Shown here: positions 52,899-62,420 of the stretch, piece by piece | How positions within the stretch are numbered: the first letter of the stretch is position 1 | Layout of the letters: each line of letters begins with the position of its first letter | NCBI GenBank assembly: GCA_964291675.2 | Contig: OZ219866.1 | Coordinates: 1,216,001-1,280,000, forward strand | Source: Alphaproteobacteria bacterium | GTDB taxonomy: Bacteria > Pseudomonadota > Alphaproteobacteria > MPNO01 | Length of the DNA stretch: 64,000 nucleotides | Direction: 5' to 3' | Translations under genes and position numbers: made by a program | The notes under the pieces: model-generated | The model's database searches: none | What the model saw: only the letters and a program-made list of their open reading frames with translations | Told to the model about the DNA's origin: nothing

Positions 52899-55682
52899 AT
52901 GCCAAAAGACCAGGAAGCCGCGGTCGCCTTCACCCTCAACGGCGAGACCGTCGCCGCCCAGCCGGGCGAGACCATCTGGCAGGTCGCCGAGCGCCAGGGC
53001 GTCGAGATCCCGCATCTCTGCTATTCGCCGGAGCCGGGCTACCGCGCCGACGGCAATTGCCGCGCCTGCATGGTCGAGATCGAGGGCGAGCGGGTGCTCG
53101 CCGCCTCCTGCATCCGCACTCCGAGCGAGGGGATGGTGGTGGACACCGCGAGCGAGCGCGCGGCCTCGGCGCGGCGCATGGTGTTCGAGCTGCTGATCGC
53201 CGACCAGCCGGGGCGCGCCGACGCGCATGACGCCGATTCGAAGCTGTGGCGCTGGGCCGACCGGATCGGCATCGCCGACAGCCGCTTCGACGCCAAATCC
53301 ATGCCCGCCGCCGATCCCAGCCACCCGGCGATGGCGGTCAATCTCGATGCCTGCATCAACTGCACGCTCTGCGTCCGCGCCTGCCGCGAGGTCCAGGTCA
53401 ACGACGTGATCGGCATGGCGCATCGCGGGTCGCACGCGAAGATCGTCTTCGACTTCGACGATCCGATGGGCGAGTCCACCTGCGTCGCCTGCGGCGAATG
53501 CGTCCAGGCCTGTCCCACCGGCGCGCTGATGCCGGCGGCGATGATGCAGGCGGACCGGCCGGGCGCCGTCACCCCCGACCGCACGGTCGACAGCCTCTGC
53601 CCCTATTGCGGCGTCGGCTGCCAGCTCACCTACCACATCAAGGACGACAAGCTGGTCAAGGTCGAGGGCCGGGACGGCCCGGCCAATCACGGCAGGCTCT
53701 GCGTCAAGGGACGGTTCGGCTTCGACTACGTGCACCACAAGCAGCGCATCGTCACGCCGATGATCCGCCGCGACGGGGTCGGCAAGGACGACCTCGCGAG
53801 CCTGGACGCGGCCAACCCGCTCGCGCTGTTCCGCGAGGCGAGCTGGGAGGAGGCGCTGGACGTTGCCGCCGCCGGGCTCGCCCGCATCCGCGACGCCGAT
53901 GGCGGCAAGGCGCTCGCCGGGTTCGGCTCGGCCAAGGGCTCCAACGAGGAGGCCTATCTGTTCCAGAAGCTGGTGCGGGCGGGCTTCGGCACCAACAACG
54001 TCGATCACTGCACCAGGCTGTGCCACGCGTCCTCCGTCGCGGCGCTGATGGAGACCATCAACTCCGGCGCGGTGACCGCGCCGTTCTTCGAATGCGCCAA
54101 CTCGGACACGATCGTCGTCATCGGCGCCAACCCGGCGGTGAACCACCCGGTCGCGGCGACCTTCTTCAAGAACGCCGCCAAGGCCGGCAAGACCCTGATC
54201 GTCATGGACCCGCGCGGCCAGGCGCTCAGCCGCCACGCGACCCACATGCTCCAGTTCAAGTCGGGCACCGACGTGGCGCTGCTGAACGCGATGATGAACA
54301 CCATCGTCGCCGAGGGGCTGCACGACCCGGCCTATATCGAGCGCCACACCGAGGGGTTCGAGGCGCTGAAGGCGCATGTCGCGCCGTTCACGCCGGAGGA
54401 GATGGCGCCGATCTGCGGCATCGACGCCGAGACCATCCGCACCGTCGCGCGCAAATACGCCACCGCGCCGGCCTCGATCATCTTCTGGGGCATGGGCATC
54501 TCGCAGCACATCCACGGCACCGACAACGCGCGCTGCCTGATCTCGCTCGCCCTGATGACCGGCCAGGTCGGAAGGCCGGGCACCGGGCTGCACCCGCTGC
54601 GCGGGCAGAACAACGTGCAGGGCGCCTCGGATGTCGGGCTGATCCCGATGTTCTACCCCGACTACCGCTCGGTGGCGGGGGCCGACATCCGCGAGACCTT
54701 CGAGGCGGCCTGGAAGACCTCGCTCGACCCCGAGCGCGGGCTCACCGTGGTCGAGATCATGAACGCGGTCCACGCCGGCGAGATCCGCGGCATGTACATC
54801 ATGGGCGAGAACCCGGCGATGTCGGACCCCGATGTGGGCCATGCCCGCGAGGCGCTCGCCATGCTCGACCATCTCGTCGTGCAGGAGCTGTTCCTCACCG
54901 AGACCGCCTATTTCGCCGACGTGCTGCTGCCGGCCTCGGCGTTCCCCGAGAAGGACGGCTCCTACACCAACACCAACCGCCAGGTGCAGATCGGCCGCGC
55001 CGCGCTGCCCCTGCCGGGCGAGGCGCGCCAGGATCTGTGGATCGTCCAGGAGATCGCGCGCCGCCTCGGCCTCGACTGGTCCTATGACGGTCCGGCCGAC
55101 GTGTTCGCCGAGATGCAGCAACTCATGCCCTCGCTCAACGGCATATCCTGGGAGCGGCTGGAGCGCGAGGACTCGGTGACCTACCCCACCGCGTCGTTCG
55201 ACGTGCCGGGCGACGACGTGATCTTCGGCGACGGCTTCCCCACCGCGAGCGGGCGCGGCAAGTTCGTGCCCGCCTCGATCGCCCCGCCGGACGAGGTGCC
55301 GGATGCCGACTTCCCGATGATCCTGACCACCGGCCGCGTGCTGGAGCACTGGCACACCGGCGCGATGACCCGCCGCGCCGGCGTGCTCGACGCCATCGAG
55401 CCCGAGGCGATCGCCCATCTCGCGCCGGCCGATCTCGACCGCATGGGGCTCGCCCCCGGGGCGAAGATCCGGGTCGAGACCAGGCGCGGGGCGATCGAGC
55501 TGATCGGCCGGGTCGACCGGGACGTGCCCGCGGGCGTGGTGTTCATCCCGTTCTGCTTCGCCGAGGCGGCGGCCAATCTGCTGACCAACGACGCCCTCGA
55601 CCCGTTCGGCAAGATCCCCGAGTTCAAGTTCTGCGCCGCGAAGGTGGAGGCGGCGCCGTCGAACGAGCCCGCCGCGGCCTGA
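52899..55682 (+). CDS. fdhF: Formate dehydrogenase alpha subunit (Mo/W-bisPGD, Cys ligand)
   Basis: N-terminal Fe-S clusters, CPYCGVGC, TRLCHASS, RGQNNVQG, PEFK. Confidence 0.94.
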   Translation: MPKDQEAAVAFTLNGETVAAQPGETIWQVAERQGVEIPHLCYSPEPGYRADGNCRACMVEIEGERVLAASCIRTPSEGMVVDTASERAASARRMVFELLIADQPGRADAHDADSKLWRWADRIGIADSRFDAKSMPAADPSHPAMAVNLDACINCTLCVRACREVQVNDVIGMAHRGSHAKIVFDFDDPMGESTCVACGECVQACPTGALMPAAMMQADRPGAVTPDRTVDSLCPYCGVGCQLTYHIKDDKLVKVEGRDGPANHGRLCVKGRFGFDYVHHKQRIVTPMIRRDGVGKDDLASLDAANPLALFREASWEEALDVAAAGLARIRDADGGKALAGFGSAKGSNEEAYLFQKLVRAGFGTNNVDHCTRLCHASSVAALMETINSGAVTAPFFECANSDTIVVIGANPAVNHPVAATFFKNAAKAGKTLIVMDPRGQALSRHATHMLQFKSGTDVALLNAMMNTIVAEGLHDPAYIERHTEGFEALKAHVAPFTPEEMAPICGIDAETIRTVARKYATAPASIIFWGMGISQHIHGTDNARCLISLALMTGQVGRPGTGLHPLRGQNNVQGASDVGLIPMFYPDYRSVAGADIRETFEAAWKTSLDPERGLTVVEIMNAVHAGEIRGMYIMGENPAMSDPDVGHAREALAMLDHLVVQELFLTETAYFADVLLPASAFPEKDGSYTNTNRQVQIGRAALPLPGEARQDLWIVQEIARRLGLDWSYDGPADVFAEMQQLMPSLNGISWERLEREDSVTYPTASFDVPGDDVIFGDGFPTASGRGKFVPASIAPPDEVPDADFPMILTTGRVLEHWHTGAMTRRAGVLDAIEPEAIAHLAPADLDRMGLAPGAKIRVETRRGAIELIGRVDRDVPAGVVFIPFCFAEAAANLLTNDALDPFGKIPEFKFCAAKVEAAPSNEPAAA

Positions 55683-56716
55683 TGGCGAACGCCATGTATC
55701 TGCGCGATTGCTGGTACGTCGCCGCCTGGGACCGCGAGGTGGGGCGCGAGCCCATGTCCCGGACCCTGCTCGGCGAGGCGGTGATGCTCTACCGCCGCGC
55801 GGACGGCACCCCGGTCGCGCTGGAGGACCGCTGCTGCCACCGCAACCTGCCGCTCTCGATGGGCCGCGTGCGGGGCGACGACATCCAGTGCGGCTATCAC
55901 GGTCTCACCTTCGATCCGAGCGGCGCCTGCATCTCGATTCCCGGCCAGTCGACGATCCCGCCGGGCGCCCGGGTGCGGCGCTATCCGGTCGTCGAACGGC
56001 ACCGCTGGATCTGGATCTGGATGGGCGACCCGGCCCGCGCCGACGACGCCCTGATCCCGGATCTGTCCTGGAACGACGGTGCGGCGTGGCGGACCACGGG
56101 CGACTACCACCCGGTCGCGGCCGAGTACCGGCTGCTGACCGACATCCAGCTCGACGCGACGCATGTCACCTTCGTCCATCCCGACACGCTGGGCAGCGAC
56201 GCCGTCCAGGACACCCCGCCCAGGGTCGAGCGCAAGGACGGGCGGATCGCGATCTCGCGCTGGCTGCTGGGCGTCGAGGCGCCGCCGATCTGGAAGGTCG
56301 CGGGCGGCTTCGCCGGGCCGGTCGACCGCTGGATCCTCGCCACCTTCGTGCCGCCGACGGGGTGCATCTTCGACATCGGCGCGGCCGAGGCCGGGACCGG
56401 CGCGCCGGAGGGCGACCGGAGCCGGGGCATCACCAACCGGACCTCGCATTTCTCGACCCCGGAGGGCGAGTCGTCCTGCCACTATTTCTGGCTGTTCGCG
56501 CGCAACTACCGGCTCGACGACGAGGACCTCGATTCCCGCCTGCATCCCGGCGTCCACCAGACCTTCCGGGAGGATGTCGACGCGGTGGAGGCGCAGCAGC
56601 GCGGCATCGACGCCCGCCCCGGCGCGCCGCAGATCGACGTCAACGCCGACCGCCCCACCATCCAGGTCCGCCGCCTGCTCGCCAGCCTGATCGCGGCGGA
56701 CGCGGCCGCCGCATAG
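55682..56716 (+). CDS. Rieske oxygenase alpha subunit (VanA/O-demethylase-like)
   Basis: WYVAAW, CCHR...CGYHG, DATHVTFVH; paralogue of 10308-11333. Confidence 0.9.
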   Translation: MANAMYLRDCWYVAAWDREVGREPMSRTLLGEAVMLYRRADGTPVALEDRCCHRNLPLSMGRVRGDDIQCGYHGLTFDPSGACISIPGQSTIPPGARVRRYPVVERHRWIWIWMGDPARADDALIPDLSWNDGAAWRTTGDYHPVAAEYRLLTDIQLDATHVTFVHPDTLGSDAVQDTPPRVERKDGRIAISRWLLGVEAPPIWKVAGGFAGPVDRWILATFVPPTGCIFDIGAAEAGTGAPEGDRSRGITNRTSHFSTPEGESSCHYFWLFARNYRLDDEDLDSRLHPGVHQTFREDVDAVEAQQRGIDARPGAPQIDVNADRPTIQVRRLLASLIAADAAAA

Positions 56717-56766
56717 CTGTCCCCGGCGGCCGCGGAAAGGCGACGCCCCCGGCCCGTATTTCGATA

Positions 56767-56970
56767 CGCGGCTCCGCCGCTACTCAGGACGAGGTTGGGG
56801 CGCGGCTCCGCCGCTACCCGGGTCGAAGGTAAAGCGTGGCTACGCCGCTACCCCGTACAAATGTGAAGCGTGGCTACGCTGCTACCCGGGACAAGGGTGA
56901 AGCGTGGCTCCGCCGCCGGCCGGGGCGAGGGCGGGGCGCGGCTCCGCCGCTACCGGGGATGAGGCGTGGG
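56767..56970. repeat. Six-unit tandem repeat with exact 34-bp period
   Basis: CGYGGCTMCGCYGCTAC-like unit at 56767, 56801, 56835, 56869, 56903, 56937. Confidence 0.85.
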
Positions 56971-56981
56971 CGAGGGACGCC

Positions 56982-57563
56982 TCACAGCACGATCGACGGG
57001 TTCCTGAGGTTCTGGTCGTAGTCGATCAGGTTGACCTGCTTGACCAGGATGCGCCAATGCGTGGTCGCATCGCGCAGCCGGTGGCCCGCCCAGCCGGCCC
57101 AGATCCGGGTCTCGCCGGCGCGGAACTCGACGGTGAGGAAGTTGGAGCGCGTCATCACGATGCCGGGGTCGGCGGTCGAGAACAGCTCGATGTTGGAGAC
57201 CATGCGCGTGGTCCGCGAGCCCGGGCGCTGCGACCAGGCCTCGCCGGTCTTGAGGCGGAAGATGCGGTCCTCCAGCCGGCGGCGGTCGTCGAAGGCGATG
57301 GCGATCTCGCGCCTGGGATCGCCGTCGCGCGTGCCCGGCACCCAGTAGATGCATTCGGGGGCGAACAAAGCGAGCCAGTCGTCGAAGCGGTCCCGGTCGA
57401 GGAGCCGCGCCTCCTCGGCCAGGAAGCGGGCGCAGGACTCGCGCAGCGCCGCGTCCGAGATCGCGCGCTCCGGGGTCTGCCAGTCGGCGAATTCCTCGAC
57501 CAGCGCGGCGTAATAGTCGTCGCTGACGTAGTACGAGCTGGTCGACGGGTCGGGCGCGTCCAC
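56982..57563 (-). CDS. Ring-hydroxylating dioxygenase beta subunit
   Basis: FLAEEARLLD...WLALF...YWVP, SRTTRMVSN, VNLI. Confidence 0.9.
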   Translation of the reverse strand: MDAPDPSTSSYYVSDDYYAALVEEFADWQTPERAISDAALRESCARFLAEEARLLDRDRFDDWLALFAPECIYWVPGTRDGDPRREIAIAFDDRRRLEDRIFRLKTGEAWSQRPGSRTTRMVSNIELFSTADPGIVMTRSNFLTVEFRAGETRIWAGWAGHRLRDATTHWRILVKQVNLIDYDQNLRNPSIVL

Positions 57564-57572
57564 CTGGGCCCC

Positions 57573-58928
57573 TCAGACCGCCCGGGCGATCGCGATGCGG
57601 GGTTCCGCCGTCATCAGGCGCTTCCACACCTTCATGTGCTCGCGCATGAACACCTCGTCGGTCGGCGGCCCGGTGATGACGCCGTCCTCGTCCACCTGCA
57701 AGCGGCCCGGGATTCCGAGCCCGCGATGCATGTAGACCCATTCGTCCTCCTCGGCCAGGAAGCCCAGCTGGATCTGCTCGAAATTGGCGAGGTCGTCGAC
57801 CTCGCCGAAATTGGGGAAGGACTCCTGGGTGCGCATGCGCAGCGCGTTGATCGCATCGACCGTCCCTTCCAGCTCGCCGTCGTCGTCGACCACGGCGGTG
57901 CCGTACCAGGTCGTGTCGGTCTCGTCGACGGCGACCGGCGTCGAGACCTGCACGTGGTTGCCAAGGATGTGGAGGTTGGGGAAGACGTTGATGTTCACCG
58001 GCTCCGACGAGGCGAGGTCGAGCGCCCGGTCGGCCCGGTCGCCGAGGCGCTGGCGCAGCGAGGCCTCGAAATGCTCCATGCCCGGGTGCGGGCCCTCGAT
58101 CTCCCACAGCGCGCCCGGCCGGTCCTCGACATTGGGGCGCTTGTCCTTGAAGTGGTGGCCGTTGCCGAAGCAGCGGACATACATCGGCGCCGAGTCGGGG
58201 CTCGTGCGGTAGAACGCCATCCCCTTGTCGGCGTCCGCATCGAAGCGGTTCTCCATGGCGAGCAGCGAGCGATGCGAGAACACGACGTGGTAGCCGTCGG
58301 CCGAGTTGTCGTAGAGCAGCTTCCAGTTGCCCTTGAACTTGAGCCGGTTGGCCTCGCACAGCGCGACCTTGCCGCCGGGGTGGCGGTCGAGCCATTCGTC
58401 GAGCGGGCCGGCGACGCCGCCGAGATAGTCGATCAGCGAAGGCGCATCGAGGTTGAGCGTGCCGAAGACGAAGCCGCGATAGCTCTCGACCCGGGGCACC
58501 TGGGCGAGGTTGAACTTCTCGTCCGCGAAATTGTCCGCGTAGCCGTCCGGCCAGGGCACGCCGTTGAGCTTGCCCGAGTTCAGGAAGGTCCAGCCGTGAT
58601 AGCCGCACTGGAAGGACTTCGCCGAGCCGCGCGCCTCGCGGCAGACGGTCGAGCCGCGATGGGTGCAGCGATTGTAGAGCGCGCGCAGCACGCCCCGGGA
58701 ATCGCGCACCAGGATGATCGGCCGGCGCCCGAGCCTGGCGGTCACGAAATCGTCGGGTTGCGGGATCTGGCTCTCGTGGCCGAGATAGACCCAGACCGCG
58801 CCGAAGATCCTGGTCATCTCCTGGTCGAAGATCCGGGGATCGGTGTAGAGCACGCGGTGCACCCGATCCTCGAACACCAGCCGGTCGTAATCGTAGGCCG
58901 CGCCGTCGATCGATGGCCGCTCGGTCAT
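57573..58928 (-). CDS. Ring-hydroxylating dioxygenase alpha subunit
   Basis: NRCTHRG...CGYHGW, GNWK...DGYH, FPN, DDLANFE. Confidence 0.93.
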   Translation of the reverse strand: MTERPSIDGAAYDYDRLVFEDRVHRVLYTDPRIFDQEMTRIFGAVWVYLGHESQIPQPDDFVTARLGRRPIILVRDSRGVLRALYNRCTHRGSTVCREARGSAKSFQCGYHGWTFLNSGKLNGVPWPDGYADNFADEKFNLAQVPRVESYRGFVFGTLNLDAPSLIDYLGGVAGPLDEWLDRHPGGKVALCEANRLKFKGNWKLLYDNSADGYHVVFSHRSLLAMENRFDADADKGMAFYRTSPDSAPMYVRCFGNGHHFKDKRPNVEDRPGALWEIEGPHPGMEHFEASLRQRLGDRADRALDLASSEPVNINVFPNLHILGNHVQVSTPVAVDETDTTWYGTAVVDDDGELEGTVDAINALRMRTQESFPNFGEVDDLANFEQIQLGFLAEEDEWVYMHRGLGIPGRLQVDEDGVITGPPTDEVFMREHMKVWKRLMTAEPRIAIARAV

Positions 58929-58952
58929 CGCCTCTCTCCCGCCTGCGGGCGT

Positions 58953-60455
58953 TCAGAAGAAGTCAAAATACTCGTTCTGTTCCCACTCGGTCACCTGGTT
59001 GGTCTCGCGGTGGCCGCCCCGGTCGATACCGTATTGCCGGAACCGGCCGAGCTCGGCGCGCTTCAGCGCGAGGAAGTAGTCGACGAACGGATCGCCGAAC
59101 TCGCGGCGGAACAGGGCGGAGGCGTCGAGCGCCCCGAGCGCGGCGTCGAGATCGGCGGGCAGCCTCTCGCGCTCGGCCTCGTAGGGGGCGAGGTCCTCGG
59201 CGGGCGCGGCGAGGTTGCGGTCGATGCCGTCGAGCGCGGCGGCGATCTGCGAGGCGGCATAGAGATAGGGGTTGGCGGCGGGCTCGCCGGCGCGGTTCTC
59301 CAGCCGCGTGGCGGCATCGCCGGCGCCGCCGATCACCCGGATCATCGCGCCCCTCTGGTCGACCCCCCAGCCCGCCCGGTCGGGCGCGAGCGAGTTGGGG
59401 CGGAAGCGGCGATAGCCGTTGATCGTCGGCGTGACGAAGGCCGAGGCGGCGCCGGCGTGCCCGATCAGCCCGGCGAGGGCCGAAAGCCCCAGCGGCGACA
59501 GCGCGTGGTCGCCGTCCGCCGGCATGAACAGGTTCTCGCCCGTCGCTTCATCCACGAACGACTGGTGGAGGTGCCAGCCGCTCGCGAAATGGCCCTCGAA
59601 GGCGGGCCGGCAGATGAAGCTCGCCGCGTAGCCGAGGCGGCGGCAGACCTGCCGCGCCGCCGTGCGGAACAGCGCGGCATCGTCCGCCGCGCGCCCCGCA
59701 TCGTCGGCCGCGAAGGTGCATTCGACCTGTCCCGGGCCGAACTCGTTCTCCAGCGAGCGCAGCTTTAGCCCGAGCCCGGCAAACGCATCGGCCAGCGCAT
59801 CGAAGACCGGCTGCATGATGTCGAGATTGGTTTCGGAGTGGTAGGAGAAGCCGGGCTCGACGGCGCTGGTCGCCAGCGGGCGGCCGCGCCGCCCCTGATG
59901 CGCGACCTCCGCATCGCCCAGCCGGTCCCCGTCGATGCGCCGCAGATACCACTCGATCTCGATGCCGACCAGCATGCGCCAGCCGCGCCCGGCGAGCCGC
60001 GCGCGCTGGCCGGCCAGGACCCCGCGGGTCGAGAAGGTAAAGGGCTTGCCGTTGCGGAAATACGGATCGCCCAGCATCCAGCCCACCCCCGGCGCCCAGG
60101 GGAGCGTGCGGAAGGTCCCCGGATCCGGGACCAGGACCAGGTTGGGCGAGCCGGTCATCTCGTCGATGCCCATGCCGCCGCCCGGGGTGAAGGAGGCGAA
60201 GACCCGCCCGCCCGACGCATCGAGGGTCGAGGTGGCGACGTTGATGTTGTAGCCGTCGAGAAGCGCGGAGCGGAGCGCCGGCGGGGTGACCGCCTTGGCC
60301 CTGACGGCGCCGTGGCTGTCGACCCAGGCGAGCCGGATCAGCCGCAGCCCGTCGGCCTCGACGCGGCGCAGGATCTCGGCCGCGGCCTCTTCCTGCCCGT
60401 CGCCCCACAGACCGTGGCGGGCGATGAACCCCTCAGATGAAGCTCGACCCGCCAT
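58953..60455 (-). CDS. Glutamine synthetase-like gamma-glutamyl ligase
   Basis: GIEIE, EFGPGQVE, SGWHLHQS, WGVDQRG, RLENR, ANPY. Confidence 0.9.
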   Translation of the reverse strand: MAGRASSEGFIARHGLWGDGQEEAAAEILRRVEADGLRLIRLAWVDSHGAVRAKAVTPPALRSALLDGYNINVATSTLDASGGRVFASFTPGGGMGIDEMTGSPNLVLVPDPGTFRTLPWAPGVGWMLGDPYFRNGKPFTFSTRGVLAGQRARLAGRGWRMLVGIEIEWYLRRIDGDRLGDAEVAHQGRRGRPLATSAVEPGFSYHSETNLDIMQPVFDALADAFAGLGLKLRSLENEFGPGQVECTFAADDAGRAADDAALFRTAARQVCRRLGYAASFICRPAFEGHFASGWHLHQSFVDEATGENLFMPADGDHALSPLGLSALAGLIGHAGAASAFVTPTINGYRRFRPNSLAPDRAGWGVDQRGAMIRVIGGAGDAATRLENRAGEPAANPYLYAASQIAAALDGIDRNLAAPAEDLAPYEAERERLPADLDAALGALDASALFRREFGDPFVDYFLALKRAELGRFRQYGIDRGGHRETNQVTEWEQNEYFDFF

Positions 60456-61254
60456 CGACGACGAGGTTCTGACCGGTGATGTAGCCCGCCTCGTCGGAGC
60501 AGATGAACAGCATCGCCTTGGCGAGGTCGTGGATCGTCCCCTGGCGGGGCAGCGCCTGCGCCCGGGTCATGGTCTTGAACATGTGCCGGGGCACCGACGG
60601 GCGCTCGATCTCGGTCTGCATCACCCCGGGCCAGAAGGTGTTGACGGTGATCCCGTGCGGCCCGAGCTCGCGCGCCATCGAGCGCGACATGCCGACCATC
60701 GCCGACTTGGAGGTGATGTAGTGGAGGTAGTTGGGCCGCCCCTTCACATGGGTGCCCGACGAGACGTTGACGATCCGCCCCCAGCCCGCCTCCATCATCG
60801 CCGGCGCCACGGCACCGGCGCACAGCATCGAGCCGGTGATGTTGACCCGCATCGCCGCCTTCCACTCCTCGACCGGGAGCTCCCAGAACGGCGCCATGGT
60901 GATCTTCGAGAACACGGCGGCGTTGTTGATCAGGATGTCGATCCGCCCGAAGGCCTCCAGCGTCCGCGCCGCCATCGCCGCCACCGAGTCCTCGTCGCCG
61001 ACATCGGTGGCGAGCGCGAGCGCCCGGCCGTGGTCCCGCTCGATTTCGGCGGCGACGCGGCTTGCGTTCTCGCCGTCGATCTCGGCGATGACGGGGACCG
61101 CACCCTGGGCGGCGAAGTAATGCGCGTAGCCGCGCCCGATCCCCTGCCCGCCGCCGGTGACGACGACGACCCGGCCGGCGAGGCTCGCATAGCTCGCCGT
61201 CCTGTCGACGTCGATGCGGGCATAATCGATATGGCCGATCCCGGCGTCCGTCAT
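60433..61254 (-). CDS. SDR-family oxidoreductase
   Basis: TGGGQGIG, NNAA, YITSK. Confidence 0.93.
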   Translation of the reverse strand: MTDAGIGHIDYARIDVDRTASYASLAGRVVVVTGGGQGIGRGYAHYFAAQGAVPVIAEIDGENASRVAAEIERDHGRALALATDVGDEDSVAAMAARTLEAFGRIDILINNAAVFSKITMAPFWELPVEEWKAAMRVNITGSMLCAGAVAPAMMEAGWGRIVNVSSGTHVKGRPNYLHYITSKSAMVGMSRSMARELGPHGITVNTFWPGVMQTEIERPSVPRHMFKTMTRAQALPRQGTIHDLAKAMLFICSDEAGYITGQNLVVDGGSSFI

Positions 61255-61883
61255 GCGTCGTTTTCCGCGCGCCGCCGGGCGCCGATCTCGGTCAGGAATT
61301 TGTCCAGCGTCTCGTAGGGCTGCGCGCCGACCACGCCGTACCCGCCGGCGACGAAGGTGGGAACGCCGCTCACCCCGATCTTGCGCGAGCGCGCCCAGTC
61401 GGCATCGACCGCGTCCCTGAAGCGCCGCTCGTCCAGCACCGCGCGCGCCTCGTCCGCCGGCAGCCCCGCCTCCCCGACGATGCCGAGCAGCGCGTCGGGG
61501 TCGCCGATATTCCTGCCGTCCACGAAATAGGCCCGGTACAGCGCATCGTGCAGCGCCGCGCCGCCGTCGACCGTGTCGGCCCAGGCGCCGAGCTCCTGCG
61601 CGAGCCGGCTGTTATAGGTGTGGGTGCGCCGGGCGTAGTCGAGCCCTTCCCCGTCCATCAGGCCCTTCATGCGCGCATAGGACGCCTCGAGGTCGTAGTC
61701 CCGCCCGGCGAACAGCGCCTCCAGCGTCAGCCCCTCCGCCGGGGTCTCGGGGTGCAGCGGGAAGTGCACCCATTTGATCTCGATGTCGAACTTCCGCCTG
61801 AGCTTCTCGATACGCACGGTACTGAGATAGCACCAGGGTCAGACGTAGTCGGTGAACACCTCAAGCACGATCGGCTCGCTCAT
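61251..61883 (-). CDS. DsbA/FrnE-like selenoprotein (UPWC; in-frame TGA at 61839-61841; 210 aa)
   Basis: GGAGG RBS, ATG at 61883, MSEPIVLEVFTDYV-TGA-PWCY in frame with the ORF-track 61251..61817; GVPTF, GAQP. Confidence 0.88.
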
Positions 61884-62063
61884 CGGAGGCCTCCTTCGGG
61901 TTGGGCGGGCATTGTAGCTGGGGGCGTTGACGGAAGCGATCAGGTATCCGCACGAGCCGGGCCGGCCCCTTGACCGATTCGACAAGGTGCTGTATCTTAA
62001 CCGAAGTGGTTGATTCTATTTTCTTTGGGATATAGTGAATGAACAGAAGGAGGAGAAACAGGC

Positions 62064-62420
62064 ATGACCACGGCTATCGGCAAGGAGCTTCGCAAGCTGC
62101 GCATCGATCGCGAGGAGCGTCTTTTGGACATGGCGGCACAACTGAACAAATCGGCCGCGTTCGTCTCCGCCGTGGAGACCGGGAAGAAATCGCCTCCGGT
62201 CGAGTTCGAAGAACTCGTAATTGACCGTTACGGTTTGAAGCAGGAAGCCGCGAATGCCATGCGCCAAGCAGCGGATCAGTCCCGCGACAGTTTTGTTCTC
62301 CGGCCCTACACGGCCTCGGCACGCGATACCGCGGGCCTGCTTGCGAGAAAGATGAACAAGCTTTCAGAGGCAGAACTTGAGCAAATCCGAACAATACTGA
62401 CCGATGGTGGAAAAACATGA
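62064..62420 (+). CDS. XRE-family HTH regulator
   Basis: GKELRKLRID...LLDMAAQL...AFVSAVETGKKSPP; AGGAGGAG RBS. Confidence 0.9.
   Translation: MTTAIGKELRKLRIDREERLLDMAAQLNKSAAFVSAVETGKKSPPVEFEELVIDRYGLKQEAANAMRQAADQSRDSFVLRPYTASARDTAGLLARKMNKLSEAELEQIRTILTDGGKT

Noticed and set aside
54000-54040. Selenocysteine in formate dehydrogenase
   Set aside because: The active-site codon is TGC (TRLCHASS).
56767-56970. Possible CRISPR array
   Set aside because: Repeat and spacer (17+17 bp) are too short, the spacers resemble each other, and no cas genes are present.
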